Of a DNA stretch of 32,000 nucleotides, positions 8,049-18,548 are shown one piece after another. The position numbers and the translations under genes were made by a program. The stretch spans positions 35,624-67,623 of the forward strand of contig NZ_PQWO01000020.1 of the NCBI RefSeq assembly GCF_003231495.1. Direction: 5' to 3'. Under the pieces are notes generated by a model. That model had not been told where the DNA came from and ran no database searches. It saw only the letters and a program-made list of their open reading frames with translations. Positions within the stretch are counted from its first letter, which is position 1, and each line of letters starts with the position of its first letter. The stretch comes from Acaryochloris thomasi RCC1774. GTDB taxonomy: Bacteria > Cyanobacteriota > Cyanobacteriia > Thermosynechococcales > Thermosynechococcaceae.

Positions 8049-9254
8049 TCACTGACTGCGATGGGCGGCGGTGACAGACTGTGGAAACGTAACCGTAAAG
8101 GTAGACCCGACACCTATTTCGGAGTTCAGCTCAATGTCACCCTGCAGTAACCTCACGAGCTTGGCAACGATCGCAAGTCCTAACCCTGTACTTTGCGGTA
8201 GCTGCTCTTCTTTAACGCCTGCTTGATAATAGGGTTCAAAAACGTGAGCTTGGTCCGCAGGGCTGATGCCTCGCCCCGTGTCGATCACAGTCAGTGACCA
8301 GCGATCGCTACCGCAGGTTTGGCAAATAATGGTCACAGACCCTGACGTTGTATAGCGCAGGGCATTGCTAAATAAATTAGAGATAATCTGCTGCAGTCGT
8401 AGGGAGTCAGACTGGACTTGAGGTGGGGCGCGATCGCAATCTAGAATCACCTCTATGTTTTCTAAAGCCTGCGGCTGTACCGCATCCACAACGCCTTGGA
8501 CGAGGGGCACCAACCCTACCTCTTTGAGGTCAAGCTCAATCTGATCGGCATCAAATCGCGCCACCTCTACGGCATTATTGATCAGGCGCAGAAGCTGCTG
8601 GCTGTTGCTCAGGACACGCTTGATCAGCTTCAAATCTCCTGCTTTCTCCTGCCCTGCTGCCGACTGCTGCCGCTGAAGCAGAAGTTCTGAAAAGCCCATA
8701 ATGGCAGCCAGCGGATTTTTGAGTTCATGGCTGAGGTGAGAGAGATTTTCCCGTTGAGCCAGACTCAGGCGCGTCAGTTCTTGGTTGGTGAGCAGGAGCT
8801 GTCCCTGAATCTCTTCATATTCATAGGTGCGCTGATCGATGTATTCCTCCATCGAGGCGGAAATCACCTGATCGAAAACGCCGTTAATAATCTGCATAGC
8901 TTCAAATAGCTCTGCCGCTGACCCTGACTGTAAATCATCAGACAATGTATCAAACAGAATCTGGCGCAGGAGCTGATACTCTCGCATCACTTCAGCAACG
9001 TCGTAGCCCTGCTGTGCTCGAATCAGACCATGCTTGATACTTTTGTCTTTAAGGGTGTGTGGCTGATCGGTCAGGGAAGAGGTAAGCAGGGTTGCGATCG
9101 CCTTCAAGACATGGGGAATGCTGTCGCGGACGGACTGAAACGATAGACCTCTAGCGCTCTCGATTTCAAGATCTTGGCGAACAGCCGCAATCCAGGCTTC
9201 TACAACGGTATCTGTCTTCTTCAGAAGCGCTTGACCCAAGTCGTTCATAACCAC
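8049..9254 (-). CDS. sensor histidine kinase (RsbR-N-like sensory domain, tentative)
   Basis: H-box SHELKNPLAAI, N-box NLFSNALRY, G1 DTGRGI, G2 GLGLAIV. The N-terminal helical domain (VVEAWIAAVRQDLEIESARGLSFQSVRDSIPHVLKAI) resembles the RsbRD_N type. No TM segment and no adjacent response regulator. Confidence 0.9.
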   Translation of the reverse strand: MVMNDLGQALLKKTDTVVEAWIAAVRQDLEIESARGLSFQSVRDSIPHVLKAIATLLTSSLTDQPHTLKDKSIKHGLIRAQQGYDVAEVMREYQLLRQILFDTLSDDLQSGSAAELFEAMQIINGVFDQVISASMEEYIDQRTYEYEEIQGQLLLTNQELTRLSLAQRENLSHLSHELKNPLAAIMGFSELLLQRQQSAAGQEKAGDLKLIKRVLSNSQQLLRLINNAVEVARFDADQIELDLKEVGLVPLVQGVVDAVQPQALENIEVILDCDRAPPQVQSDSLRLQQIISNLFSNALRYTTSGSVTIICQTCGSDRWSLTVIDTGRGISPADQAHVFEPYYQAGVKEEQLPQSTGLGLAIVAKLVRLLQGDIELNSEIGVGSTFTVTFPQSVTAAHRSQ

Positions 9255-9343
9255 AGCAACACAGAACTCAGGTTCATTCTAAAAGATAGGGAGCACTCTC
9301 TATTTTTAGAGCAACTTTAGACAGGCAATTGTTCTAGCCTACA

Positions 9344-9396
9344 TTGTATAAAACCTACTCCGATCTACGTTGTATAAACTGTACAAGTTGTATAAA
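9344..9396. promoter_or_regulatory. three direct TTGTATAAA repeats in a divergent promoter region
   Basis: ttgtataaa at 9344-9352, 9370-9378 and 9388-9396 (spacings 26 and 18 nt). They lie in the 429-bp gap between the minus-strand kinase (start 9254) and the plus-strand DUF1830 gene (start 9684). Confidence 0.3.
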
Positions 9397-9683
9397 AAGC
9401 GCGATCTCAACAGCGCCGTTCTCTATCTATAGACAAAACCTGTGTCTATCTGGAGCTAGACTCCTGAAACCTCAGCCTGAGGGAGTATTAAGCTATAGCG
9501 ATCAAATGGCTGGTCAGGCCAGCGGGCCTCTAACCAACACAAGTTCAGCCGAGAGAATATCCTAACCCATCCTTCTCTCGCGATACGTCGCAGTGCATGA
9601 ATGGATTAGAGCCACAAAGGAACTGCGGTTCATAGGCATCCCAAGAGATCGCAACCCAAACCTCATCTCATTACAAAAAGACC

Positions 9684-10046
9684 ATGCTTTTATGTCAGTA
9701 CAGTAATCCGACGAAACGAATTCAGATTTTACGGATTACCGATGGCTCAAAGACCATTGACGGGGAGCGAGTGGTCTTACCTCAGCAGCGCATCACCTTT
9801 CATGCCAAACCGGAAGCCGTGCTGGAGGTTATTTCTGGAGAGTCGATTACCGCAATGGTTGAAGCACGTATTCCCTGCAAAGCTCTTTGTATCGCGTTCA
9901 AGATTGATCGGTCACAGCAGGCCCGCAAAAGATCGCCACGGCAAAAACGTGCTGCAGCTCAGGCGCTGCAGGTGATGGACCTCAGTGTCGATAAAACTCT
10001 GCCGGAAGATAGAGGTGGCACTCTACCAACCTTTGAGACAGTGTGA
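9684..10046 (+). CDS. DUF1830 domain protein (cyanobacteria-restricted family)
   Basis: N-terminus MLLCQYSNPTKRIQILRITDGSKTIDGERVVLPQQRITFHAKPEAVLEVISGE matches my memory of the DUF1830 pattern (C-Y-N...IQI.RI...ER.V.PGQR..F.A...A.LEI). Basic C-terminal tail. Confidence 0.7.
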   Translation: MLLCQYSNPTKRIQILRITDGSKTIDGERVVLPQQRITFHAKPEAVLEVISGESITAMVEARIPCKALCIAFKIDRSQQARKRSPRQKRAAAQALQVMDLSVDKTLPEDRGGTLPTFETV

Positions 10047-10072
10047 TTTAAAGTGTATCGATAAGCTGACAT

Positions 10073-10978
10073 ATGTTGCGTCTTAATCAGATTAAAACAG
10101 CAGGCTTGCTCGGTCTTCTGAGCGGTCTAATTGTTCTCGCTAGCTACTATTTAGTCGGGAATGAACAGGGGCTATACCTTGGCCTAGCCTTTTCTGCCGT
10201 GACCAGTATTGGATCCTGGTTTTACTCTGATAAGGCTGCTTTAGCCGCCTTTCAGGCTCAGCCGCTAGAGCGCTCAGACAATCCTCGGTATTTTGATATG
10301 GTCGCCAAATTGTGCGATCGCGCGGATTTACCGATGCCGAAGTTGTACATCATTCCGACAAAGTCACCCAATGCCTTTGCGACAGGCCGCAACCCCGAGA
10401 ATGCAGCCGTTGCGGCCACCCAAGGCATCATTGACCTGCTGTCTACACAAGAGCTAGAGGGCGTCATTGCCCATGAATTGACCCATATTCGCAACCGAGA
10501 CACCCTGACCCAGGCGGTTGCTGGAACGCTTGCTGGAGCCATCACCTTCCTGGGTCGCATTCTGACCTTCGGCGGTCTTTACTTGCCCGCCAGCCGCGAC
10601 AATCGTCGGGGCGGCAATCCTCTGGCCCTTCTGTTTCTAATAGTTTTAGCTCCCCTCTCCGCGATGCTGATTCAGCTGGGCATTTCCCGCACCCGCGAGT
10701 TCTCCGCCGATGAAGGAGCCGCTCAGATTACCGGCAGACCGCTGGCCCTCGCGAGCGCTTTGCAGAAGCTAGAAACTATAGGGCAGCAAATTCCTATCAA
10801 CGGCAATCCATCTATGTCACCGCTGCTGATCATTAACCCCTTGAGTAAAGAGGGGCTGCAAACCCTCTTTCGCACGCATCCGACGACGGAAGCTCGGATT
10901 CAGCGTCTCCAGGAGCTAGCCAATCAAACGAGTGGCACTAAAGGTTTAGTAAGTTCTTTATTTGGAAAAGCATCATGA
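10073..10978 (+). CDS. htpX: M48-family zinc metalloprotease HtpX homologue
   Basis: HELTHIRNRD (HExxH). Two N-terminal and two central hydrophobic segments. C-terminal FRTHPTTEARI typical of the family. Confidence 0.9.
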   Translation: MLRLNQIKTAGLLGLLSGLIVLASYYLVGNEQGLYLGLAFSAVTSIGSWFYSDKAALAAFQAQPLERSDNPRYFDMVAKLCDRADLPMPKLYIIPTKSPNAFATGRNPENAAVAATQGIIDLLSTQELEGVIAHELTHIRNRDTLTQAVAGTLAGAITFLGRILTFGGLYLPASRDNRRGGNPLALLFLIVLAPLSAMLIQLGISRTREFSADEGAAQITGRPLALASALQKLETIGQQIPINGNPSMSPLLIINPLSKEGLQTLFRTHPTTEARIQRLQELANQTSGTKGLVSSLFGKAS

Positions 10979-11694
10979 CAACGAGCCAAAACATCGAGAG
11001 TCAAGCACTCAGCACAGCGGCTGAAGCCGGTTTCGAGAGCCAGCTCGACGCAGTAGAAACTCTCGATGTCGATATCGAAGCCAATGCTGGAGATCTGGTG
11101 CAGGGGGAATTAGAATCCGTCACCGTTGAAGGTGAAGGGCTGGTCATGCAGGGGGATCTGCGCGCAGAAGCGTTAGTAGTTGAGACAGATGCGATCGCAA
11201 TCAATCCGCTTAAAGCGGCCTTTGGCGACATCGAGCTGAAGCAGCCAACAAACGCCACGGCAGAAGTCACCCTGACAGAATCCGACATTGAGCGAGCCTT
11301 CAACTCTGACTTTATGCGCAAAAAGCTGCGGGGCCTCAAGCTAGAGATCGACGGCAAGCCCCACACCATTGACCCCAACCAAATTACCTTCAAACTTCCA
11401 GGTGCAGGCAAGGTTGAGCTGAGTGCAAAATTCTTGATTATTGAGTCGGTTGAGACCCAGCAGGTCAACATCAAGGCTGTCCCTCAAGTGAGCGATAACG
11501 GCCACAGCATTATTTTGCAAGATGTACAGGCCGAAGGACCAGAATCTGTCGTAGATGCTTTGCTTGACAGCGCCACAGAACTACTAGACCTGCGTAATTT
11601 TGAGCTAGAGGGTATGTCGTTCCGGCTGCAGGAGCTAGAGGTCCAGCAAGGACAGCTGATGATGCAGGCTACAGCGAAGGTCTCCGACATTTAG
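10975..11694 (+). CDS. DUF2993 (LmeA-like) family protein
   Basis: The start overlaps the htpX stop by 4 nt (ATGA at 10975-10978). The pattern LDVDIEANAGDLVQGELESVTVEGEGLVMQGDLRAEALVVETDAIAINPL...VTLTESDIERAFNS resembles the DUF2993 repeat architecture from memory. Confidence 0.65.
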   Translation: MTTSQNIESQALSTAAEAGFESQLDAVETLDVDIEANAGDLVQGELESVTVEGEGLVMQGDLRAEALVVETDAIAINPLKAAFGDIELKQPTNATAEVTLTESDIERAFNSDFMRKKLRGLKLEIDGKPHTIDPNQITFKLPGAGKVELSAKFLIIESVETQQVNIKAVPQVSDNGHSIILQDVQAEGPESVVDALLDSATELLDLRNFELEGMSFRLQELEVQQGQLMMQATAKVSDI

Positions 11695-11810
11695 TCCGCC
11701 TCTATCCTGTGGCAGACCGAGATCGCTTGATAATCAATCTGCAGATTGACGGTTCTGTAACGGCAAATCATTAATTTGAGAATGAGTTGCTTAGAAAGGG
11801 AGTCTTATCT

Positions 11811-12890
11811 GTGGTTGCAGCAACGGGACGCATTGCCATCCTGCTGGAGAATCAGTTTGAAGATAGCGAGTTCCAGGTTCCCTACACGGCTCTGCTGCAG
11901 GCTAGCGCTGACGTGAAAGTCATTGGGACTCGCATGAATGATGAATATGAAGGCAAGCAGGGCCAAGTTAAGCATAAGCCCCACGCAACAGCCACAGAGG
12001 TGCGGGCTGAGGACTTTGATGCCGTGATTATTCCGGGTGGAGGCGCGCCGGATCAGATCCGCACCAATCCCCATGCCGTCCGCTTAGTCACGGACATGAT
12101 GGAACAGGGGAAGTTAGTGGCCGCAGTTTGCCACGGCCCTCAAGTCCTGATTGAAGCGGATCAGCTGCGAGAGAAAAGGGCCACCGGATTTCAGGCCATT
12201 CGTAAAGATATAGAAAACGCCGGAGCAACCTATGTGGATCAGGCCGTGGTCGTGGACGGCAATTTGATTACATCTCGTCGCCCAGCGGATATGCCTCTGT
12301 TCACCGCCGCTATTCTGCGCCGCTTAGAGTTAACGATTCCCGGCAAGATTTTACCGGACCCAGAAGCCTACCATACCTACGAGTGGTGGCCTTGGGGCGA
12401 ACTGTGGAACGGCGCTAGCCGCCAAGATATAATCAGCGTGCTCAACAAAGTGATCGTGGGTGAGCGCTACACCCTGGCCTCTTTCAAGCAGTATGACGAA
12501 CAGGCAACAGATGCTGATCTAAGCCTAGTCCTGCGAGAAATCACAGCCACGAAGGAGCGCCACGTCGAGTTATTGGAACAGCGTCTCAGAGATTTTGAAG
12601 AACGCGTGACTTGGCAGGCGGCAGGTACAGAAGCCTATGCCAAACTTCTCAACTGGATTCAGTCCAGCGAAGATGTGCTGCTCATGCGAAGAGCACTTGG
12701 CGATCTGCAGACCGGCAGGGTGGACGTTCTGAACCTCAGCACCCAGGTGACGGATCCTTGGACGGCGGATCTATTGGAGCAGATCGGTGGAAACTTGGCG
12801 CGCCATGAAGATCAGCTCGCAGAGCTCTATCGGGGACGTCAGGGTAACTGCGTAGAGCCGCCGATGCCCACCACGGTGACCTTCGATTGA
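11811..12890 (+). CDS. DJ-1/PfpI-family protein fused to a C-terminal helical (ferritin-like/DUF2383-like) domain
   Basis: Nucleophile elbow AAVCHGPQVLIEA. RIAILLENQFEDSEF and IIPGGGAP are typical of PfpI. Residues ~200-360 are helical with no PfpI counterpart. I prefer the GTG at 11811 (preceded by aaggga) to the track TTG at 11787; either is possible. Confidence 0.85.
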   Translation: MVAATGRIAILLENQFEDSEFQVPYTALLQASADVKVIGTRMNDEYEGKQGQVKHKPHATATEVRAEDFDAVIIPGGGAPDQIRTNPHAVRLVTDMMEQGKLVAAVCHGPQVLIEADQLREKRATGFQAIRKDIENAGATYVDQAVVVDGNLITSRRPADMPLFTAAILRRLELTIPGKILPDPEAYHTYEWWPWGELWNGASRQDIISVLNKVIVGERYTLASFKQYDEQATDADLSLVLREITATKERHVELLEQRLRDFEERVTWQAAGTEAYAKLLNWIQSSEDVLLMRRALGDLQTGRVDVLNLSTQVTDPWTADLLEQIGGNLARHEDQLAELYRGRQGNCVEPPMPTTVTFD

Positions 12891-12966
12891 GCCAATAGTG
12901 CAGCTATGATTCTTGGCTGCAGAATATCCACCCGTTATTTCATTGTTTTTATTTTTGAGGATTCCG

Positions 12967-13836
12967 ATGTCAGACCAAGAGCGACGCCCCACGCCTGATC
13001 AGATTCCAGGACAGCAGCTGGAATATCCGGCAAGTCAAGCGGATATGGCGCTTCAGCCCGATAGCGATCTGTCCAATTACAAGCCTGCAGACAAGCTAAA
13101 AGGCAAAGTAGCGCTGATTACCGGGGGCGATTCTGGGATTGGCAGAGCTGTTGCGATCGCATATGCCCTAGAGGGAGCCAACGTCGCCATCATTTACCAC
13201 GAGAATGAGCAGGATGCGGATGTTACCTGTAGTGAAGTTGAGAAGCGCGGTCAGCAGTGCCTCAAAATTCAGGCAGACGTGCGCGACTTCGATGCCTGTA
13301 AAAAAGCGGTCGAGCAAACGGTGCAGAACTATGGGCAGCTCAATATTTTAGTCAACAACGCCGCCTACCAGATGGTGCAGGAAAAGTTTGAAGACGTCAC
13401 TCTCGAACAGTTTCGGCGCACGATTGAAACAAATGTCTTTGGCTATTTCCATATGGTGAAGGCTGCGATTAAACATTTGGAAGCTGACGATGTGATTATC
13501 AACACCGGCAGCATCGTCGGTAAAACCGGTAAGCCCTTCTTGGTGGACTATGCCGCTAGCAAAGGTGCCGTCCACAGCTTTACCAAAGCGCTGGCGCTGA
13601 ATCTTGCAGATCGTAAAATTAGAGTCAATTCCGTCGTTCCCGGCCCAGTGTGGACCCCCAACATTCCCGCCACAATGCCCAAGAAGATGGTTGAAGAATT
13701 TGACACTGACCCCGCCCTTGGGCGAACGGCCCAACCGGAAGAATTGGCACCCGCCTATGTCTTTCTAGCCGCCCAAGACAGTAGCTTCATTACCGGCGCA
13801 CTCCTTGACGTGACAGGGGGACAGCTTTCTAGCTAG
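12967..13836 (+). CDS. short-chain dehydrogenase/reductase (YghA/YdaD-like)
   Basis: TGGDSGIGRA (TGxxxGIG), NNAA, and the catalytic YAASK (YxxxK). I prefer the ATG at 12967 (MSDQERRP) over the TTG at 12913. Confidence 0.9.
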   Translation: MSDQERRPTPDQIPGQQLEYPASQADMALQPDSDLSNYKPADKLKGKVALITGGDSGIGRAVAIAYALEGANVAIIYHENEQDADVTCSEVEKRGQQCLKIQADVRDFDACKKAVEQTVQNYGQLNILVNNAAYQMVQEKFEDVTLEQFRRTIETNVFGYFHMVKAAIKHLEADDVIINTGSIVGKTGKPFLVDYAASKGAVHSFTKALALNLADRKIRVNSVVPGPVWTPNIPATMPKKMVEEFDTDPALGRTAQPEELAPAYVFLAAQDSSFITGALLDVTGGQLSS

Positions 13837-13957
13837 ATCTGTATAGTTAAGGCGAATGCACGAAGAAGCATAGCAACCTGTACATACAGCCTTTTCGTGC
13901 CAGTCGTCAACGCATCGTTGTTGTTTTCTCGGTCGCTTCGCTGATACGTCAAATCCT

Positions 13958-16900
13958 ATGAACAATTCGAAGCATTTCTTTGTCGTTGGCATCGGGGCCT
14001 CTGCCGGAGGGGTGCAGGCTCTAGAGGAATTCTTCGGCCATTTGCCTGATAACCCCAACGCTGCCTTTGTGGTGGTGCAGCACCTATCTCCGAATCATAA
14101 GAGCATGATGACAGAGATTGTGCAGCGACAGACCCCCATGTCGGTGCAGGAAGTCGAAGACGGCATAGATATTGAGCCGGGTCATGTTTACATGCTACCG
14201 GCGCGAAAGCGGTTGACGGTCGAAGAGCATCAGCTGCGTCTGCAGGAACAGCCAGATTCCATCAGCTATCCCATCAATGAATTCTTGCAGTCCCTAGCTC
14301 AAAACTGGGGTGAACGGACCATTGCTATCTTGCTGTCAGGAACAGGGCGAGACGGAACGGAAGGGATTCAGGCCATCAGTCGAGTCGGCGGTATTGCCCT
14401 CGTGCAGTCGCCAGAGACCGCCCAGTTCACCAGCATGCCCACAAGCGCGATCCCTTCAGGGCTGGTGGACGAAATCCTATCGCCTCAGGATTTAGCCCAA
14501 ACAGTATTTGAGATTGTTCGCTTCTCGGAGAACTTTCCCACCGCTGCTCCTGAAGAGGCGAGCCTCATTGATCCAGAGCAGCTTCAGCAGATTTTAGATA
14601 TCTTAGCTGAACGCGAAGAAATCGATTTCTCTCACTACAAAATCAGTACCCTCAGTCGCCGCATTCATCACCGCTGTGCGCTGACTCGATGCAGCAATTT
14701 AGAAAGCTACACCCGGCTTCTCGACACCGCTGAAGACGAGCAAAAACTGCTGCGACAGGATCTGCTGATTGGAGCCACCCGATTCTTCCGAGATGCTGAA
14801 GCTTGGTCACTGTTGGAAACAGAGATTTTACCTGAGCTAATCAGTAACCTGCAGCCGAACCAGCAGCTCCGGCTCTGGGTTTCTGCCTGTGCCACGGGAG
14901 AAGAAGCCTATTCGATGGCGATTCTAGTTGATGAAGCCATTGAGAAAGCCAACAAGCCGGTCCAGGTCAAAATATTTGCAACCGATCTAGACACTAATGC
15001 TTTAGAGATTGCGGCCCGAGGTGCCTATCCAGAGAACATTGCCAATGACATCTCAAGCAAAAGGCTAGAGCGATATTTCACTAAAGAAGGTGACCATTAT
15101 CAGGTACGTCGCTCTCTCCGGGAGATGTTGATCATTGCGCCCCACGACCTGACGAAGAATGCGGGCTTTTCTAAGATGAATTTGGTGAGCTGCCGCAATG
15201 TCTTGATTTATATGCAGCCGCAGCTTCAGCAGCAGGTGCTGCACCTCTTACATTTTGCCCTTGCCCCCCAAGGCGTTTTGTTTCTGGGCAGCTCTGAAAA
15301 TCTAGGTGATTTAGGGGAAGAGTTCGCGGTTTTGCAGTCCAAGTGGAAACTGTTTCGGAAGCGCCGAGATATGCAGCTCTCGTTGATGCCGGTAACGCGG
15401 CAGGCCCGGATTTCTCCCCTTCAGACCCCCAGGCGAGTAAAGGCCAGACAACAGCACCTCGACCGCATCCTTGAAGATACATTTGAATGCTGCTTTGTCG
15501 AGCGTCAGCTCACCTGCATACTGGTGAACCGAAACAATCAGCTCCTGCGGGTGTTCTACAATGCAGCACAACTGCTAGAGCTGCCCGTGGGGGAAATGCT
15601 CTTAGACGTCACGGAGCTAATGCCCCCGGCCCTAAAGCTGCCCCTAAGTACCGCTTTACATCGGGCGAGAAGCGATCGCGAACCTGTTCTATATACAGGG
15701 ATCAAACTTGAGCGCGACGGCCAAGAACAAAACGTCAGCCTCCGGGTCAGGCTCAGTCAAAGTAATACTGCCGCTGATGATTACTTAATTGTGGTGTTGG
15801 AGGTAGAAACGCTGGCTGCCCCTACTCCGACAGCCCTACGATTTGATGTTGGTGCTGAAGCCGCACAGCAAATTACCGAACTAGAGTACGAGCTACAGCA
15901 GACCCGCGAAAACCTGCAGGTCACCATCGAAGAATTAGAAACCACCAACGAAGAGCAGCAGGCAACCAATGAAGAGCTGTTGGCTTCCAACGAAGAGCTG
16001 CAAAGTACCAACGAAGAGCTGCAGTCCGTCAACGAAGAACTCTACACCGTCAATGCTGAATATCAGTCCAAAATTCAAGAGCTGACTCAGCTCAATGGCG
16101 ATATTAACAACCTGCTGCGCAGCACCAACATTGGGGTCGTGTTCCTCGATACCCACCTCAACATTCGTAAGTTTACTCCTGCTGCAACTGCCGCTATCAA
16201 CATCAAACCGTCGGACGTGGGGCGGCCCCTCGCAGATATTACGAACAACCTTGACTGTGCAAATCTAAGTGACCTACTGCAGCCGGTCATTCGGGACGGG
16301 CATGATTTTGAGCAGGAGCTGACGCTGATCACCTCTGGCGATCACCTATTGATGCGGGTGAACCCCTATCTCCAGGACGACGGCAGTTGGGATGGCGTCG
16401 TCCTGACCTTTGTCAGAATCAGTGAGCTTAAAGAGTTTCAGGAGCGGCTTCGACAGACAAACGCTATTCTCGAAAAGCTATACGAGAACTGTCCGGCGGG
16501 CTTGGGCCTCCTGGATCATGAATTCAGATATCTGCGCGTGAATCAAGCTCTAGCAGACATCAACGGCTTCACCGTTGCTGAGCATCTGGGCAAAACCATG
16601 CCGGAACTTATTCCTAGTTTTGCCCAGCGAACAAGCGACATCTTGCAGCAGGTTCTAGAGACAGGAGAAGCAATCTGTGATGTTGAAATTAGAGGTAGAA
16701 CCCCGGCGGACCCCCATACAGAACGCTGCTGGTGCGTCAACTTCTATCCCGTTGATTTAATCGACGGCAATCGAGCCATTGGAGCCGTCGTTTCTGAGAT
16801 GACGGAACGGATTCAGGCCGAAGATTCATTGCGCCGCAGTGAGGCAAAATTGATGGCGACCCAGCGACTGACTCAGGTCGGGAGTTGGGAGGTTGAAGTT

Positions 16901-18475
16901 ACTGAGCATTTCGATCTCGACGCAGCACGCGCAGAATGGTCAGAAGAGTTATTTAGCATCTGCGGTTTCGACCCACAAAAGACAGTTCCCTGCTTCGATG
17001 AAATTTACGCCTGCTGTTCGACAGACGATCAGGCTCGTCTCAAAAATGCTCTAAAGCGGCTGCTTGAGCACGGAACAGACTGTAGCCTCGATCTGTCATT
17101 CCAGCGTCCCGACGGTGAACAACGCTTTTTGAGTATGGTGGGTAGGGCTAATCGGGATCAACAGGGGCAGGTTGCACATCTCTACGGCGCCGTGATGGAT
17201 ATTACCGGGCCTAAGCGGTTCGAGCTAGAGCTGATTCGCAAAAATCAGGCTTTGGAAGATGCTGTTGCGATCGCACAAGCCGCTGACTCCGCCAATCAGG
17301 CCAAGAGCCAGTTCTTGGCAAACATGAGCCACGAAATCCGTACGCCGCTCAACTCGGTGATTGGATTCGGCGAACTGCTGCTGCAGACTCCCCTCAACCC
17401 GACTCAACAGCAGCTTTTAGAGACGCTGCGCAGCAACAGCGAAAAGCTACTGATGATTGTTAACGACATCCTTGACTTGTCGAAACTGGAGGCCAGCGAA
17501 CTACGGTTAGAGCATCGCGAGTTCGTACTGGCTAAAACGATTCAAACGCTCACCGAGACTTTTACACCCCTCGCGAAAGCGAAGAACTTAACCTTGACCG
17601 TCAATTGTGCTTCAGACTTACCTCGGACCCTGATTGGAGATGACTTTCGTCTGCAGCAGATTCTCAGTAACTTGATTAGTAATGCCATCAAATTCACGAT
17701 GACGGGAGAAGTGACGTTAGCTGTCGTTCCAGCCTTAACTGAGTCAGAGGAAGCGCCCTCAAACTCTGACGTTCCTCAAATAATGCTCCAGTTTAGCGTT
17801 CAAGACACAGGCATCGGCATTGGAGAGTCTGTTGAGACCCAGCTCTTTCAGCCCTTCGTTCAGGAAGATTTATCCACTGTGCGCCGATTTGGAGGTACCG
17901 GCCTAGGTCTCACCATCTGTCGACGGCTGGTTCAACTCATGGGAGGTGAGATCGGCTATGAAAGTACGACCGATCAAGGTTCTACTTTTTGGGTTAGAGT
18001 CAGGTTTGATTTGCCAAGCACACCCTCTCCACAAGACAGCACGACAGATCGCCCCTCTATGCCCAAGCCTATTTCACCGCAGCCGGGTCAGTCTGCCAAA
18101 ATATTGGTTGTCGAAGATAACCTCGATAATCGGGACCTAGTCACAATGATGCTAGAGACATTGGACTACCCGACGCCAGACTCTGTTGCGAATGGTCAGC
18201 AAGCCCTGGAAAAGTTGATGAAAGAAGATTACGACCTAGTGTTCATGGACTGTCAAATGCCGGTAATGGATGGTTACCAAGCAACGCAACAAATTCGGCA
18301 GCAGGAAGAAGGTGGGTCTCGAAGAACCGTGATTGTGGGCTTGACCGCTAGTGCCATGGCCCGCGATCGCAACCAGTGTTTAGAGGTTGGTATGGATGAC
18401 TATCTCAGCAAACCTTTCTTGCTCAACGACTTAGCCGTAGTCTTGGAGCGGTGGTTAACAAAGGCTGATTCTTAA
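13958..18475 (+). CDS. CheB methylesterase-CheR methyltransferase-PAS-histidine kinase-receiver hybrid protein
   Basis: 1505 aa. CheB-like region: [10 protein letters not shown]...[11 protein letters not shown]. CheR-like SAM site: [15 protein letters not shown]. Heptad repeat TNEELQS x5. Several PAS-like segments. H-box [12 protein letters not shown]-box [24 protein letters not shown]. Receiver domain: KILVVEDN...[14 protein letters not shown]...YLSKPF. Confidence 0.95.
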   Translation: MNNSKHFFVVGIGASAGGVQALEEFFGHLPDNPNAAFVVVQHLSPNHKSMMTEIVQRQTPMSVQEVEDGIDIEPGHVYMLPARKRLTVEEHQLRLQEQPDSISYPINEFLQSLAQNWGERTIAILLSGTGRDGTEGIQAISRVGGIALVQSPETAQFTSMPTSAIPSGLVDEILSPQDLAQTVFEIVRFSENFPTAAPEEASLIDPEQLQQILDILAEREEIDFSHYKISTLSRRIHHRCALTRCSNLESYTRLLDTAEDEQKLLRQDLLIGATRFFRDAEAWSLLETEILPELISNLQPNQQLRLWVSACATGEEAYSMAILVDEAIEKANKPVQVKIFATDLDTNALEIAARGAYPENIANDISSKRLERYFTKEGDHYQVRRSLREMLIIAPHDLTKNAGFSKMNLVSCRNVLIYMQPQLQQQVLHLLHFALAPQGVLFLGSSENLGDLGEEFAVLQSKWKLFRKRRDMQLSLMPVTRQARISPLQTPRRVKARQQHLDRILEDTFECCFVERQLTCILVNRNNQLLRVFYNAAQLLELPVGEMLLDVTELMPPALKLPLSTALHRARSDREPVLYTGIKLERDGQEQNVSLRVRLSQSNTAADDYLIVVLEVETLAAPTPTALRFDVGAEAAQQITELEYELQQTRENLQVTIEELETTNEEQQATNEELLASNEELQSTNEELQSVNEELYTVNAEYQSKIQELTQLNGDINNLLRSTNIGVVFLDTHLNIRKFTPAATAAINIKPSDVGRPLADITNNLDCANLSDLLQPVIRDGHDFEQELTLITSGDHLLMRVNPYLQDDGSWDGVVLTFVRISELKEFQERLRQTNAILEKLYENCPAGLGLLDHEFRYLRVNQALADINGFTVAEHLGKTMPELIPSFAQRTSDILQQVLETGEAICDVEIRGRTPADPHTERCWCVNFYPVDLIDGNRAIGAVVSEMTERIQAEDSLRRSEAKLMATQRLTQVGSWEVEVTEHFDLDAARAEWSEELFSICGFDPQKTVPCFDEIYACCSTDDQARLKNALKRLLEHGTDCSLDLSFQRPDGEQRFLSMVGRANRDQQGQVAHLYGAVMDITGPKRFELELIRKNQALEDAVAIAQAADSANQAKSQFLANMSHEIRTPLNSVIGFGELLLQTPLNPTQQQLLETLRSNSEKLLMIVNDILDLSKLEASELRLEHREFVLAKTIQTLTETFTPLAKAKNLTLTVNCASDLPRTLIGDDFRLQQILSNLISNAIKFTMTGEVTLAVVPALTESEEAPSNSDVPQIMLQFSVQDTGIGIGESVETQLFQPFVQEDLSTVRRFGGTGLGLTICRRLVQLMGGEIGYESTTDQGSTFWVRVRFDLPSTPSPQDSTTDRPSMPKPISPQPGQSAKILVVEDNLDNRDLVTMMLETLDYPTPDSVANGQQALEKLMKEDYDLVFMDCQMPVMDGYQATQQIRQQEEGGSRRTVIVGLTASAMARDRNQCLEVGMDDYLSKPFLLNDLAVVLERWLTKADS
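15944..16048 (+). repeat. five tandem 21-nt (7-aa) repeats inside the CheB/CheR kinase gene
   Basis: Units start at 15944, 15965, 15986, 16007 and 16028. They encode TNEEQQA / TNEELLA / SNEELQS / TNEELQS / VNEELYT. Confidence 0.9.
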
Positions 18476-18548
18476 GAGCCATTAACAGCTCAAAGCTGAC
18501 GGCTCTGCTTCCCTGTAAAACAATATCCTGGCTTCACTGAGATCTGCC

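Noticed and set aside
9372-9384. NtcA-like site gtataaactgtac in the divergent promoter
   Set aside because: The NtcA consensus is GTA-N8-TAC. This sequence has only 7 nt between GTA and TAC, so it does not fit.
9344-9565. 73-aa plus-strand ORF in the divergent control region
   Set aside because: It is translated straight through the TTGTATAAA repeats and palindromes, has no coding signature, and is more likely regulatory DNA.
12913-12966. TTG-initiated N-terminal extension of the SDR gene; likewise 5015-5068 for the HAD gene
   Set aside because: The extensions (MAAEYPPVISLFLFLRIP; MDANYFYFYLLPHFIHRT) look like translated AT-rich leader DNA. In-frame ATGs follow directly before the conserved domains.
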